Shown in pieces: positions 9,987-19,269 of a stretch of 64,000 nt of DNA (positions are counted from its first letter, which is position 1; each line of letters starts with the position of its first letter). The notes under the pieces are model-generated. The model made no database searches and was not told the DNA's origin. It saw only the letters and a list, made by a program, of their open reading frames with translations. This stretch comes from Pseudonocardiaceae bacterium (GTDB lineage: Bacteria > Actinomycetota > Actinomycetes > Mycobacteriales > Pseudonocardiaceae), in contig DASXXM010000151.1 of assembly GCA_036503065.1 (NCBI GenBank), positions 2,539-66,538 on the forward strand, written 5' to 3'. A program made the translations under genes and the position numbers.

Positions 9987-12611
9987 GTGGTGCCCATGTA
10001 TAAATATCCGGTGAGCGCTAATTTGTCAGGTCTGGTGCAACGTCCCATTGGGTCGACGGCCGATAATCCGGCGATTGTCAGCACGGACGGAGAACTGACC
10101 TACGGCGAGATGTGGGATCGGATATTCGCCGTCGCGGAACTGCTCCAGCGATCCGGGGTGAACCCGGGCGATCGGGTGGGCCTGTACCTGCCGCGATCGG
10201 CGGACTACATCGTGTCCCTGCTGGCCACCTTGTGGATCGGCGCCACCGCGGTGCCACTCGACCCGGACTACCCGGCGACCCGGATCGAGCGGATGCTGGC
10301 CATGACGAACCCGGCGATCGTGCTGCGGTCCGGGATGACCACCGTCGCCGATTCGGCCCCGTGGCTGGAACTCGGCGAACCGTGGCTGATGCCACACGGC
10401 GAACCCACCGCGTACCCGTCGGCAGAACACCCGGCACTCATCCTGTTCACCTCGGGCTCCAGCGGCACACCCAAGGGCGTGGTACTCGGCCATGCCGCGC
10501 TGGCCAACCGGATCACCTGGGCACAGGACCAGTACGGCTTCGACGAGACGGATCGCGTGCTGCACAAGGCTTCCACCGCGTTCGACGCGGCACTGCCGGA
10601 GATCTTCTCAGCCCTGCTGGCCGGCGGCACGGTGGTCGTCGCGCCGCGTGGCCTCCAGTACGACAGCCTCGGCCTCGTGCACCTCATGCGCGACGCGGGC
10701 GTGACCACCGCCCACTTCGTGCCGTCCCTGCTGCGCTACGTCGTGGCGGAGGAAGAGCTGGCCTACTGCGCCGACCTGCGGCGGGTGTTCAGCGGTGGCG
10801 AGGTGCTGGACCGGGCCCTGATGCTGCGGTGCCAGGAAGTCCTGCCGTGCCCGCTGTTCAACCAGTACGGGCCGACCGAGACCGCGGTGAACGTCAGCTT
10901 CTGGGACTGCCGGGAACCGTTCGACGGCACCACGGTGCCGATCGGCAGGCCGATCGCGAACGTCACCTGCCACGTGCTGGACGAGCACCAGCGGCCACTG
11001 CCGGCCGGCGTGACCGGCGAACTGTGGGTCGGCGGCGTCAACGTGGCCGACGGCTACCTCGACGACCCAGCCGAAACCGAACGGCGGTTCCGGCCGGATC
11101 CGTTCGCCGGCCACGGCAGGCTGTACCGCACCGGCGACCTGGCACTGCTGACCAAGCAGGGCTATCTGGAGTTCCACGGCCGGATCGACGACCAGGTCAA
11201 GGTCCGCGGTGTCCGCGTCGAGCCGGACGAGGTGGCCGCCGTGCTGCGCGAGCACCCCTCGATCATCGACGCCACCGTGGTGGCCGACCGGAGCGAGTCC
11301 GGTGAGGTACGGCTCCATGCCTACGTCGAGGCCGGACACCGGGATCTGCCCGTTGTCGATGGCCACCAACGGGTCCTGTTGCCCAACGGACTGGCCGTGA
11401 CGGCCGGGTCGCCCGACGAGGCGCTGTTCCTGTACCGGAAGATCTTCGAAGAGGACGAGTACGCCCGGTTCGGCATCCGGATTCCGCCGGACGCCGTCGT
11501 GGTCGACGTCGGCGCCAACATCGGGATGTTCGACCTGTGGGTCGGCAGCCGCGCGCCGAACGCGCGGATCGTCGCGGTGGAGCCGAATCCGGACGTCCTG
11601 CCGTACCTGCGGGCCAATCACGAACTGTACGAGCTGGACGCCGACGTGGTGCCGCTCGCGATCGCCGACGGACCGGGCACGGCGGAGCTGACGTCCTTCC
11701 CGCAGCTCACCTACCTGTCCGGGCTCGGCGACCGGCACCCGGCCGCTGCGGCACTTGTCCAGTCGAACTCCGAGCTCACCAACGGATCGATGACCAGCGA
11801 CGAGCGTGCCACGCTGCTGCGGGACACCCAGGACCGCCTGCACGCGACGCGACACGTCGTGTCGACCACCGATCTGTCCACAGTGTTCCGACAGTTCGGT
11901 CTCGACCGGGTCGACCTGCTCAAGGTCAATGTCGAGGGCAGCGAGCTGCAGGCGCTCGCCAGCCTCGACGCCGATGGCTGGTCGTGCGTTGCGCAGGTGT
12001 GCGTCGAGGTCGAGAACTCCAGTACCACCGGACGGCAGGTCGCCACGCTGCTGCGGGACGCCGGTTTCGAGATCCACGAGATCGGTGACTGGATGGTGAG
12101 CGCGACCGGCGACGTCTCGTACATCTACGCGATGCGCCGTGGGTATGCGCGCGCCACGGTGCCCGTCATCGCCGGACGCCGGTACCGGCCGCCGCTGTCC
12201 GCCCGGTCGATCCGCGAGTTCCTCGCGCGACGGCTGCCGCCCGCCATGCACCCCGCCCAGTTCGTCTTCCTGCCCGAACTGCCCAGGCTGCCCAACGGAA
12301 AGATCGCGCGCGCGGAGCTACCACCGCCGTCGACGACCCACGACGTCGACACCGGAGGCAGCGACGACCTGGCCGGCCGGTTGCGGGAGATCTGGCGGCA
12401 GGCGCTGGGCGTCGACTCGATCTTCGATGACGACAACTTCCTTGCGCTGGGCGGACATTCGCTCATCGCGCTGCGCATCAGCGCGCAGGTCAGGGAGGCG
12501 ACCCGGATCGACGTGCGGCCCGCGGCCTGTCTGGAATCGCCGACCTTCGCGGACTGGCTGGCCGACCTGGCCCGCCCGGACGTCCCCGCCACGCAGCGGA
12601 GGGCCGCCTAG
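9987..12611 (+). CDS. NRPS A-T protein whose adenylation domain is interrupted by an FkbM-type methyltransferase
   Basis: 874 aa. Adenylation motifs up to A8 are LFTSGSSGTPKGVV, NQYGPTETAV, YRTGDL and GRIDDQVKVRGVRVEPDEV. An insert of about 330 aa follows, carrying VVVDVGANIGMFDLW and LLKVNVEGSELQAL. The domain then resumes with LPPAMHPAQFVFL and LPNGKIARAEL, followed by the carrier motif LGGHSLIALRI. An alternative ATG start is at 9996. Confidence 0.85.
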   Translation: MVPMYKYPVSANLSGLVQRPIGSTADNPAIVSTDGELTYGEMWDRIFAVAELLQRSGVNPGDRVGLYLPRSADYIVSLLATLWIGATAVPLDPDYPATRIERMLAMTNPAIVLRSGMTTVADSAPWLELGEPWLMPHGEPTAYPSAEHPALILFTSGSSGTPKGVVLGHAALANRITWAQDQYGFDETDRVLHKASTAFDAALPEIFSALLAGGTVVVAPRGLQYDSLGLVHLMRDAGVTTAHFVPSLLRYVVAEEELAYCADLRRVFSGGEVLDRALMLRCQEVLPCPLFNQYGPTETAVNVSFWDCREPFDGTTVPIGRPIANVTCHVLDEHQRPLPAGVTGELWVGGVNVADGYLDDPAETERRFRPDPFAGHGRLYRTGDLALLTKQGYLEFHGRIDDQVKVRGVRVEPDEVAAVLREHPSIIDATVVADRSESGEVRLHAYVEAGHRDLPVVDGHQRVLLPNGLAVTAGSPDEALFLYRKIFEEDEYARFGIRIPPDAVVVDVGANIGMFDLWVGSRAPNARIVAVEPNPDVLPYLRANHELYELDADVVPLAIADGPGTAELTSFPQLTYLSGLGDRHPAAAALVQSNSELTNGSMTSDERATLLRDTQDRLHATRHVVSTTDLSTVFRQFGLDRVDLLKVNVEGSELQALASLDADGWSCVAQVCVEVENSSTTGRQVATLLRDAGFEIHEIGDWMVSATGDVSYIYAMRRGYARATVPVIAGRRYRPPLSARSIREFLARRLPPAMHPAQFVFLPELPRLPNGKIARAELPPPSTTHDVDTGGSDDLAGRLREIWRQALGVDSIFDDDNFLALGGHSLIALRISAQVREATRIDVRPAACLESPTFADWLADLARPDVPATQRRAA

Positions 12612-12613
12612 CC

Positions 12614-13801
12614 GTGACTCATCCGCTGTCGGACATGCAGGAGTCCATGCTGGTCCACGAGGCGATCGAGGGGCGGCCGATCTACAACGCCCCGCTGTGC
12701 TTCGACATCGAGGGCGACATCGACGCGGACGCGTTGCGCCGGGCCTTCGAGTCGGTGGCGCGACGCCATCCGATCCTGTTGTCGACCTACCAGTTGGACA
12801 CGGGTCTTGCGCTCGTCGGCGCGGCAACACCACCCGATCTCGTTGCGCCGCAACGGTGGGCCGACTTCTGGACTCAGCAGTTCGACCTGGCACGGGAACC
12901 GCCGGTGCGGCTCGGCCTGACATCCGACGGCGACCACCACACGTTCGGCATGTGCGTCCACCACGTGGCGGGCGACTCGTGGTCGGTCGACATACTGCTG
13001 CGTGACCTTGGCACCGCGTACAACGCGCTGGCCAGGGGCCGCGAGCCCGGCTGGCCAACCGAAGCGCCCAGTTTCTTCGACTACGCGGACGCGGAACGAG
13101 CCCAGCGGTACGACACGAGTTGGTGGTCGCGGTCGCTGGCCGGGATCGAACCGCCGCCCGGCCCGCGAGCGGACCCGCCACCCGAGGACGAACGCGGCCG
13201 CTGCCACCGTGTCCGGCTGCCGCTGGGCACCACGCACACCCAGGGCGTGCGCAGGCTGGCACGGACGATGCGCGTGTCGCCCGCCGCGATCCTGTTCACC
13301 GCGGTCAGCATGACGGTGGACGCGCCGGTAGTCGGCCTGCCGGTCGTGTTGCGCGACACGACAACGCAGCAGCGGATCGTAGGCCCGTTGCTGAACATGC
13401 TGCCCGTCGTCACCCCGCAGGGTGCGCCGACGAACCGGGCCAAACTGATCCAGCGCCACGCCGAAGCGATGGAATCCGCGATCCAGCACAAGAACGTGCC
13501 GTACTCACGGATTCTGGCCACCCGGCCGGCGAGCGGTCAGCTGTTCCTGCACGCGGTCAACGTCGACCCGGTCATCCCACGGCTCGGGCTCGCCGGAACG
13601 CGCGTGACACCGGTGCCGGTGCCCCCGGTCTGGGCGATCTGGCCCGCACTGTGGGACTTCTCCTGGCCCACCGTGGGCAACCTGCGAGGCGACCTGGCCG
13701 TCTCGGCAAGCGACTTCGCCCCGGAACAGTTGCCGGCACTGGTCGACGGCTTCCTGGCAAGCCTCGAGTGGCTCCTGGAAAAAGACGAATGGTCAGGTTG
13801 A
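12614..13801 (+). CDS. stand-alone NRPS condensation domain protein
   Basis: 395 aa. GTG start lies 2 nt after the upstream stop. Catalytic motif is CVHHVAGDSWS (HHxxxD). Confidence 0.8.
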   Translation: MTHPLSDMQESMLVHEAIEGRPIYNAPLCFDIEGDIDADALRRAFESVARRHPILLSTYQLDTGLALVGAATPPDLVAPQRWADFWTQQFDLAREPPVRLGLTSDGDHHTFGMCVHHVAGDSWSVDILLRDLGTAYNALARGREPGWPTEAPSFFDYADAERAQRYDTSWWSRSLAGIEPPPGPRADPPPEDERGRCHRVRLPLGTTHTQGVRRLARTMRVSPAAILFTAVSMTVDAPVVGLPVVLRDTTTQQRIVGPLLNMLPVVTPQGAPTNRAKLIQRHAEAMESAIQHKNVPYSRILATRPASGQLFLHAVNVDPVIPRLGLAGTRVTPVPVPPVWAIWPALWDFSWPTVGNLRGDLAVSASDFAPEQLPALVDGFLASLEWLLEKDEWSG

Positions 13802-15034
13802 CAGGTGGCTCCGGACCTCGCCGAGTCGTTCGGTGAGGAAGGCGCGCTCCACGTCGTTGTCGGTGAGGGTCAGGGCTTCCTCGTAGGCCGCCGTCGCGGC
13901 AGGCCACCGTTGCAGCCTGCGCAGGAAATCGGCGCGGGCGGCGCTGAGATAGCTGTAGGTCGCCAGTGTCGGATCGGCGAGCAACGGCGTCAGCGCGTCG
14001 AGGCCGGCCAGCGGGCCGTCGCGGAAGCCGATCGCGACGGCGCGGTTGAGCTCGGCGACCGGCGATGGCCAGTGCTTGAGCAGGACGTCGTACAGCGCGA
14101 CGATCTCCGGCCATGCGGTGTCCTGCCACGTCGGCGCTTCCGCGTGCACGGCGGCGATCGCGGCCTCGACGGCGTACCGGGTCGGCGGCTGTCGGCGCAG
14201 CGCGCCGGTCAGCAGGCCGACGCCCTCGCTGATGAGCCGCGCGTCCCAGCGGGTGCGGTCCTGTTCGGACAGCAGCAGCAGCTTCCCATTGGCGGACAGG
14301 CGGGTGTGGCGCCGTGCGTCGACGAGCAGCAGCAGTGCGAGCAGTGCCCTGATCTCGACGTCGCCCGGCATCAGCAGGTGCAGCATGCGGGCGAGACCGA
14401 CCGCGCTGTCGGCCAGATCCGCGCGGACGAGCTCAGCGCCGACCGGCGCCGTGTGGCCGGTCGTGAAGATCAGGTATACGACCTCGAGAACGGCGCTGAC
14501 CCGCTCGGCGAGTTGGTCCGGCGACGGCACGCGGTACGGGATGCGGGCGGTGACGATCTTCTTCTTGGCCCGCGTGATCCGGGCGGCCATGGTGGTCTCC
14601 TGCACCAGGAACGCGCGGGCCACCTCGGCGGTGGACAGGCCGCACACCAGCCGCAGCGTCAGGGCCACCTGGGCGTCCCGGGACAGGGCCGGGTGACAGC
14701 AGGTGAAGACGAGCCGCAGCCGACCGTCGTCGACGAGGCCGTCGTCGGGGCCGGGCACCGACTCGTCCGCCACCAGCAGCGGCAATGCCTTACGCAGCAC
14801 GGATTCGCGGCGCAGCACGTCCAGCGCACGGTTCCGCGCGACGGTCGTCAGCCAGCCGGCGGGTTGGTCGGGAATGCCGGTCCGCGGCCAGGTCCGCAGC
14901 GCCTGCACGTAGGCGTCCTGCGCGCACTCCTCGGCCAGGTCGAGGTCCCGGGTGAGGTGCACGGTGCTGGCGAACACCCTGGCCCAGTCGCGGCGGTGCG
15001 CCTGCGCGACCGCCGCGACGACCGCGGCACTCAT
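13793..15034 (-). CDS. ECF-type sigma-70 family factor with long C-terminal extension
   Basis: True start is MSAAVVAAVAQAHRRDW, inside the 517-aa ORF, with an ATGA overlap with the YciI gene. Region 2 is WLTTVARNRALDVLRR and region 4 is GLSTAEVARAFLVQETTMAARITRAKKKI. Confidence 0.8.
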   Translation of the reverse strand: MSAAVVAAVAQAHRRDWARVFASTVHLTRDLDLAEECAQDAYVQALRTWPRTGIPDQPAGWLTTVARNRALDVLRRESVLRKALPLLVADESVPGPDDGLVDDGRLRLVFTCCHPALSRDAQVALTLRLVCGLSTAEVARAFLVQETTMAARITRAKKKIVTARIPYRVPSPDQLAERVSAVLEVVYLIFTTGHTAPVGAELVRADLADSAVGLARMLHLLMPGDVEIRALLALLLLVDARRHTRLSANGKLLLLSEQDRTRWDARLISEGVGLLTGALRRQPPTRYAVEAAIAAVHAEAPTWQDTAWPEIVALYDVLLKHWPSPVAELNRAVAIGFRDGPLAGLDALTPLLADPTLATYSYLSAARADFLRRLQRWPAATAAYEEALTLTDNDVERAFLTERLGEVRSHLST

Positions 15035-15387
15035 CCGTGATCCACTACCGGCCTGATCTCGACCCCGCTGTGGCCCGCGTGCACTTCCGGCAACAGGGAC
15101 GCGAGCGCGATCACCTCGTCGAGGTCGGCCGCCTCGACGAGGTAGTAGCCGCCGAGCGCCTCCTTGGCCTCCAGGAACGGCCCGTCCGTGGTGCTGACCC
15201 GGTCGTCGGTGGCCATCCGCAGGGTGGTCGCCATCGTCGACAGCTCCAGTTCCTCGCCACCGATGACCTGTGCGCCTGCCTTGGCTCGGAACGCGGCATG
15301 GGCGGCGTGATGGGCCTGCTCCTGCGTTGTGGACATCGCGTCCCACTCCTGGGCGTCGCCGTAGATGAGGATCATGTACTTCGTCAT
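15031..15387 (-). CDS. YciI-like (YCII) family protein
   Basis: 118 aa, MTKYMILIYGD...GGYYLVEAADLDEVI. This is the typical partner located upstream of this sigma-factor class. Confidence 0.8.
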   Translation of the reverse strand: MTKYMILIYGDAQEWDAMSTTQEQAHHAAHAAFRAKAGAQVIGGEELELSTMATTLRMATDDRVSTTDGPFLEAKEALGGYYLVEAADLDEVIALASLLPEVHAGHSGVEIRPVVDHG

Positions 15388-15475
15388 CGGGTACCTCCCG
15401 TCGTGGTGGCCCCGGTCGGGCCCCTCGTATGTACCTATGACGAACGTGGCGGGGCGCGGATCGACAGCTTCGGGC

Positions 15476-16078
15476 TCAGGTGTTGAACGGATTGGCCGTC
15501 AGGTCGATGGCCTCCTGCCGGACGTCGGAGGATTCGAAGCGGTTCAGTGCGACGACGGCGGCCAGCACGAGCCGCCGGTCCACCCGGGAGTCATGCACGG
15601 TCACCGCGAACCTGGCCCGCACGCCGCCGGACCTGGAGACCACGAACCCGGTGGAGTCCCTCGCGTCGAACAGGAAATTGAAGGGCAGGACGTTGTTCGC
15701 CACGCCGGTGAGCACGAGCGAGAACGGGAATCGGTAGCGGGTGGCGCTGGCGCCGGTGGGATGCGCGGTCAGGACCGGCAACCCGGGTTGGGCCACCGAC
15801 CACCGCTTTCGCCGGGGCGCGCCGAAGCGGGAGTTGACGGTGCCGAGTTCGGTGCGATCCGGGGCGTACGCGGCGCGTTCGGTGACGTATCCCGCGATGT
15901 CGGCCAGTTGCGGCCCGACCAGCAGTTGCAGCGCACGCAGGCTGTCGTAGGCGCCCGCCCGGTACAGCCGGGCGACCGGGGTGGCCCGGTCGGCGCCCCA
16001 GACGTCGAAGGTCGTCTGCTGCCGGCCGTAGGACACGGTGACCTGGAACGAGGTCAGGGAATGCAGTTCGGGGCTCAT
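15476..16078 (-). CDS. hypothetical protein (beta-rich; faint LURP-one/scramblase-like pattern)
   Basis: 200 aa with high GC3. Its ATGA start overlaps the stop of the upstream 82-aa gene. It has no signal peptide and no motif I can name. Confidence 0.6.
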   Translation of the reverse strand: MSPELHSLTSFQVTVSYGRQQTTFDVWGADRATPVARLYRAGAYDSLRALQLLVGPQLADIAGYVTERAAYAPDRTELGTVNSRFGAPRRKRWSVAQPGLPVLTAHPTGASATRYRFPFSLVLTGVANNVLPFNFLFDARDSTGFVVSRSGGVRARFAVTVHDSRVDRRLVLAAVVALNRFESSDVRQEAIDLTANPFNT

Positions 16079-16323
16079 ACGTCCTCGTCGAAGAGTGTGA
16101 ACTCGGTGTCGGCCCGCTCCGCGCGCTGCTGCTCGTGTTCCGCGCGGTACCTGCGCGACGTGTGGCTCAGCTGCTCGATGAGACCGCGGACGTCCTCGAC
16201 CTCCGCGCCCGCCATCATGCGTGTGAAGATCTGGCCCGCGATCGCCCGCTGCTCCGGCGTCTGTTCGGCGAGCAGGCGCGCGCCGAACTTCTCCTCGATC
16301 ATCGGGTCGTCCTTGGGGTGCAT
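16075..16323 (-). CDS. small acidic helical protein (82 aa), hypothetical
   Basis: MHPKDDPMIEEKFGARLL...TEFTLFDEDV, preceded by GGGAGGAG. It is translationally coupled to the downstream gene. Confidence 0.6.
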   Translation of the reverse strand: MHPKDDPMIEEKFGARLLAEQTPEQRAIAGQIFTRMMAGAEVEDVRGLIEQLSHTSRRYRAEHEQQRAERADTEFTLFDEDV

Positions 16324-16349
16324 GCGCTCCTCCCTACCCTCTGGACCGG

Positions 16350-17561
16350 TCATGAGGACGGCAGCAGGCCGATACGCAGGGCGCCGAGTTCCGGGTTCCA
16401 GCCGCTGTTCGTCTCGAACTCGGCGGCGCGCTGCTGCACGTCGTTCTTGATGTCGTCGATGCTGGGGATCGGCGAGCTGAAGAACTTCTCCACCGCCTTG
16501 ATGTCGCTGGAGATCTTGCTGATCGCGGCGGAGATCTTGTTGAAGATCGAGATGATCGTGCTGATCACCGAGATGATCGTGCGCACCGTCTTGTATATCT
16601 TGTACAACTCCCAGATATCCAGGACGATCGCGCCGATGTCCGCCACCGGGTCCTCGGGGCCGCCGCCCGCGGCCTCGATCGCCGCGGTGCCGCCAAGGAT
16701 CGTCGCGGCCTCTTCGGCGAGCTGCTTGACGCCCTGCTCCAGCAGATCGTTGATCGCCTTGAGCACCGCGAAAACCAGCACGCAGACGGCGTCGTAGCCG
16801 TCCTTGTACAGCTTCGCGGCGACCTTGGCCGCGTCCCCGAGACCACCGATTCCCATGTGCCAGCGAAACAGGTAGGAGTCGAATGCCGAGCCCGCGTCCC
16901 CGGTCCATTCGGAGGCCAGCCGCCAGGTGCCTTTGCGCAGGGTGCCGGCGACGGTGTAACTGGCGTCGCTGAGCTGTTGGTAGGACTCCTCGAGGTACTT
17001 CAGCCGCCCGTACTCGCCGACGATGGGCTTGAGAATCAACTCGACAAGGCTTTGTCCGGTCACGAACTTGAAGAGGATCTCGGCGCCCTTGAGCTCGCCG
17101 CCGATCAGCTTGCCGCTGGCCAGCTTGAGCTGTATCTGGATGTTCTTGGCGGTGTCGTCCCCCGCACTGTCCGGTTCCTTGAGCGTGATCGGGGCGTCGT
17201 CGAAGGTGCCGAGCTTGGGCAGGTTCGGCAGGACGGAGAAGCCCGGAATCGCGGCGGGATAGGCGTTCTTCAGGTTCTGCTCGGCCTGCGCGTCACCGCG
17301 TAAGTAGGTGTCGCGCGACTGGAGGATCTTGCTCGACACGCCGGTCATGCCGGACTGGCACTGGGTGTATCTCGGGTGGAAGAACCCGGCTGCCTCGGTG
17401 ACCAGGCCGCGCAACGGTTCGAGGAGCCCGTCGAGGCCGTCCGTTGTGGCGCACTCCTTGCCGGCCCAGTCCGCCAACTGGCCCAGGTCGCCGCCCTGCT
17501 TGAGCACGAGCCCGGAGTACGACGTGAAGTCGCCGCTCGGCGGCGCGTTGAATCCACCCAT
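16350..17561 (-). CDS. WXG-motif protein, T7SS-substrate-like, with Ile/Ser/Lys-rich amphipathic C-terminal region
   Basis: 403 aa starting from MGGFNAPPSGDF, inside the 474-aa ORF. The internal sequence LASEWTGDAGSAFDSYLF is a WxG-type helix-turn-helix signature. It is followed by the hydrophobic helix VCVLVFAVLKAI and then RTIISVISTIISIFNKISAAISKISSDIKAVEKFF. Confidence 0.65.
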   Translation of the reverse strand: MGGFNAPPSGDFTSYSGLVLKQGGDLGQLADWAGKECATTDGLDGLLEPLRGLVTEAAGFFHPRYTQCQSGMTGVSSKILQSRDTYLRGDAQAEQNLKNAYPAAIPGFSVLPNLPKLGTFDDAPITLKEPDSAGDDTAKNIQIQLKLASGKLIGGELKGAEILFKFVTGQSLVELILKPIVGEYGRLKYLEESYQQLSDASYTVAGTLRKGTWRLASEWTGDAGSAFDSYLFRWHMGIGGLGDAAKVAAKLYKDGYDAVCVLVFAVLKAINDLLEQGVKQLAEEAATILGGTAAIEAAGGGPEDPVADIGAIVLDIWELYKIYKTVRTIISVISTIISIFNKISAAISKISSDIKAVEKFFSSPIPSIDDIKNDVQQRAAEFETNSGWNPELGALRIGLLPSS

Positions 17562-17574
17562 TTTTGACCCCCAC

Positions 17575-17808
17575 TCACCCGATCGTCCCTTCCGGAACGA
17601 CAGCGTTGCACACGTCGAGGACAGCGGCAACCGAATCGGACCATTCACAGCCGAGCCGCACGCGGCTCGCCGGTGGCATGACGCTGGGGATCCGGCCGGG
17701 TTCGTCCGCGTCACCACTGCCGCGGCGCTCGACCGCGGTACCGATGGCCGAGCGGTTACCTTTCCATGGATCAAAGCCCACGAATTGTTCCGGCATATCA
17801 GTTCGCAT
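17575..17808 (-). CDS. small hypothetical protein, first gene of the WXG-motif operon
   Basis: 77-aa ORF (alternative start MPEQF at 17796). It ends 13 nt before the 17561 start and has moderately high GC3. No recognisable motif. Confidence 0.4.
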   Translation of the reverse strand: MRTDMPEQFVGFDPWKGNRSAIGTAVERRGSGDADEPGRIPSVMPPASRVRLGCEWSDSVAAVLDVCNAVVPEGTIG

Positions 17809-19268
17809 TTCTCGATCCGATCACCGGACTACCGGTCGGCCTGATCAACCTGGCCCTGCCGCTGGAGTGCGCTCGCCGGGGCTTGTGTGCCGCGGTAGGG
17901 TGGTCGAGGCGTCTGGGGGGGTGCATTGGTTTGGCCGGGGGGATTCGTGGGCGCGCGCTGCGGCAGGCGCGGGGGATTGAGCCGAGCGTTGTTCTGCTCG
18001 TCGCCGGGCTGGCCCTCGCACTGTACCTGCAGGGCGCATTCGTCCCGAGGACACAGCTTCTCGTCGCGGTGCCGCTGGTCGTCGGTGTGCTGCTCGCGCC
18101 TCGTCTACCGGCGGTCACGCGGCAGGACCTGCCGGTCGTGCTCGCCGCCGCGGGGCTGGCTGGCTGGGCGGTGGCCGACGGCGCGCTGACCGGCCATCTG
18201 CTTGCCGGATTCCGGTATCTGCTGCTGATCGCGGGTGTGCTCGTGCTGGCCGGCGTCTGCCGGCAACTGTCGGGTACGGCGCGCGGCACGCTGGTCAACG
18301 GCCTGCTCGTGGTCTGCGCCGCGGTGGCCGCGCTGGGCTGGTTCGGCGTGGTGGTGCATCACCCGGCGTGGGGTTTCCTGAGTGCCGGCATGTGGCGCGC
18401 GTCGTCGACCCTGACCTACCCGAACGCGACCGCGGCCGTGCTGGCCATGGCCGCGCTGGTCTGCCTGGCACTGCGTACCGGCGATCCGGCCGCACGATGG
18501 CCGGGTGGCACGGCCACCATCCTGCTCACCGGATTGGCGGCCACGCTGAGCCGGGCCGGCCTTGGCGGGTTGGCGATCGGACTGATCGTGCTCGGTATCG
18601 GCATCGGCTGGCGGCCGCTGCTGCGGGGTGCGGTCGGACCGCTGCTCGGCGCCCTGGTCGCGACGACCGGCCTGCTGCCCTCGATCACCGCGCACACGCC
18701 CACCGCGGTCACCATCGTGGTCGCAGGCCTTGCGGCGGCGGCCGGGTTGGTCATCGGCAGCCGCGTCGGTGCCACCCGCATCGTGCTGGTCGTCTTCGTT
18801 GCCGGACTGGCCGCCGCGCTGGTGCTGCTGGCCGGGCGACTGGCATCGCGGTTCACCTTCGACTCGCCGGACCGGTGGGGTTCCTTCCGCGCCGCCTGGG
18901 AGGTGTTCCTGCGTCACCCGGTGACCGGCGCCGGTCCCGGCATCGACCAGTTCGTGCTCGCTCAGGCGACGGGCGACACCAACGTGTTCCTGTTCGTACA
19001 CAACGAATATCTCCAGGTTCTCGCCGAGTTGGGCATCCTCGGCGGCATCCTGCTCGTCACCTTCCTCGCGCTGGTCGTGCTGCGACTGTGGCGGCGCGAC
19101 GCGGGCGCGCTCGGTGTCGGCGGCATCGCCGCACTGGCGGCGCTCCTGCTGCACGCCGGGTTCGACTTCGTGTGGCACATCCCGGCCGTCCCACTGCTCG
19201 CGGCGGCCTTCTTGGGCGTCGCCATGCCCCAAGCCAGCTCAACCACAACGGAACCGAAAGGGAAATGA
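17766..19268 (+). CDS. O-antigen ligase (Wzy_C)-like polytopic membrane protein
   Basis: More than 10 TM segments. It has the Wzy_C-type stretches LTGLAATLSRAGLGGLAIG and VHNEYLQVLAELGILGG. The start is uncertain because the 5' end overlaps the divergent operon; the in-frame TTG at 17931 is a plausible start. Confidence 0.7.
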   Translation: MDQSPRIVPAYQFAFLDPITGLPVGLINLALPLECARRGLCAAVGWSRRLGGCIGLAGGIRGRALRQARGIEPSVVLLVAGLALALYLQGAFVPRTQLLVAVPLVVGVLLAPRLPAVTRQDLPVVLAAAGLAGWAVADGALTGHLLAGFRYLLLIAGVLVLAGVCRQLSGTARGTLVNGLLVVCAAVAALGWFGVVVHHPAWGFLSAGMWRASSTLTYPNATAAVLAMAALVCLALRTGDPAARWPGGTATILLTGLAATLSRAGLGGLAIGLIVLGIGIGWRPLLRGAVGPLLGALVATTGLLPSITAHTPTAVTIVVAGLAAAAGLVIGSRVGATRIVLVVFVAGLAAALVLLAGRLASRFTFDSPDRWGSFRAAWEVFLRHPVTGAGPGIDQFVLAQATGDTNVFLFVHNEYLQVLAELGILGGILLVTFLALVVLRLWRRDAGALGVGGIAALAALLLHAGFDFVWHIPAVPLLAAAFLGVAMPQASSTTTEPKGK

Positions 19269-19269
19269 A

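Noticed and set aside
8207-10003. 598-aa plus-strand ORF
   Set aside because: It is antisense to the well-supported FAD oxidoreductase and has an Arg/Gly/Pro-rich composition typical of wrong-frame ORFs in high-GC DNA.
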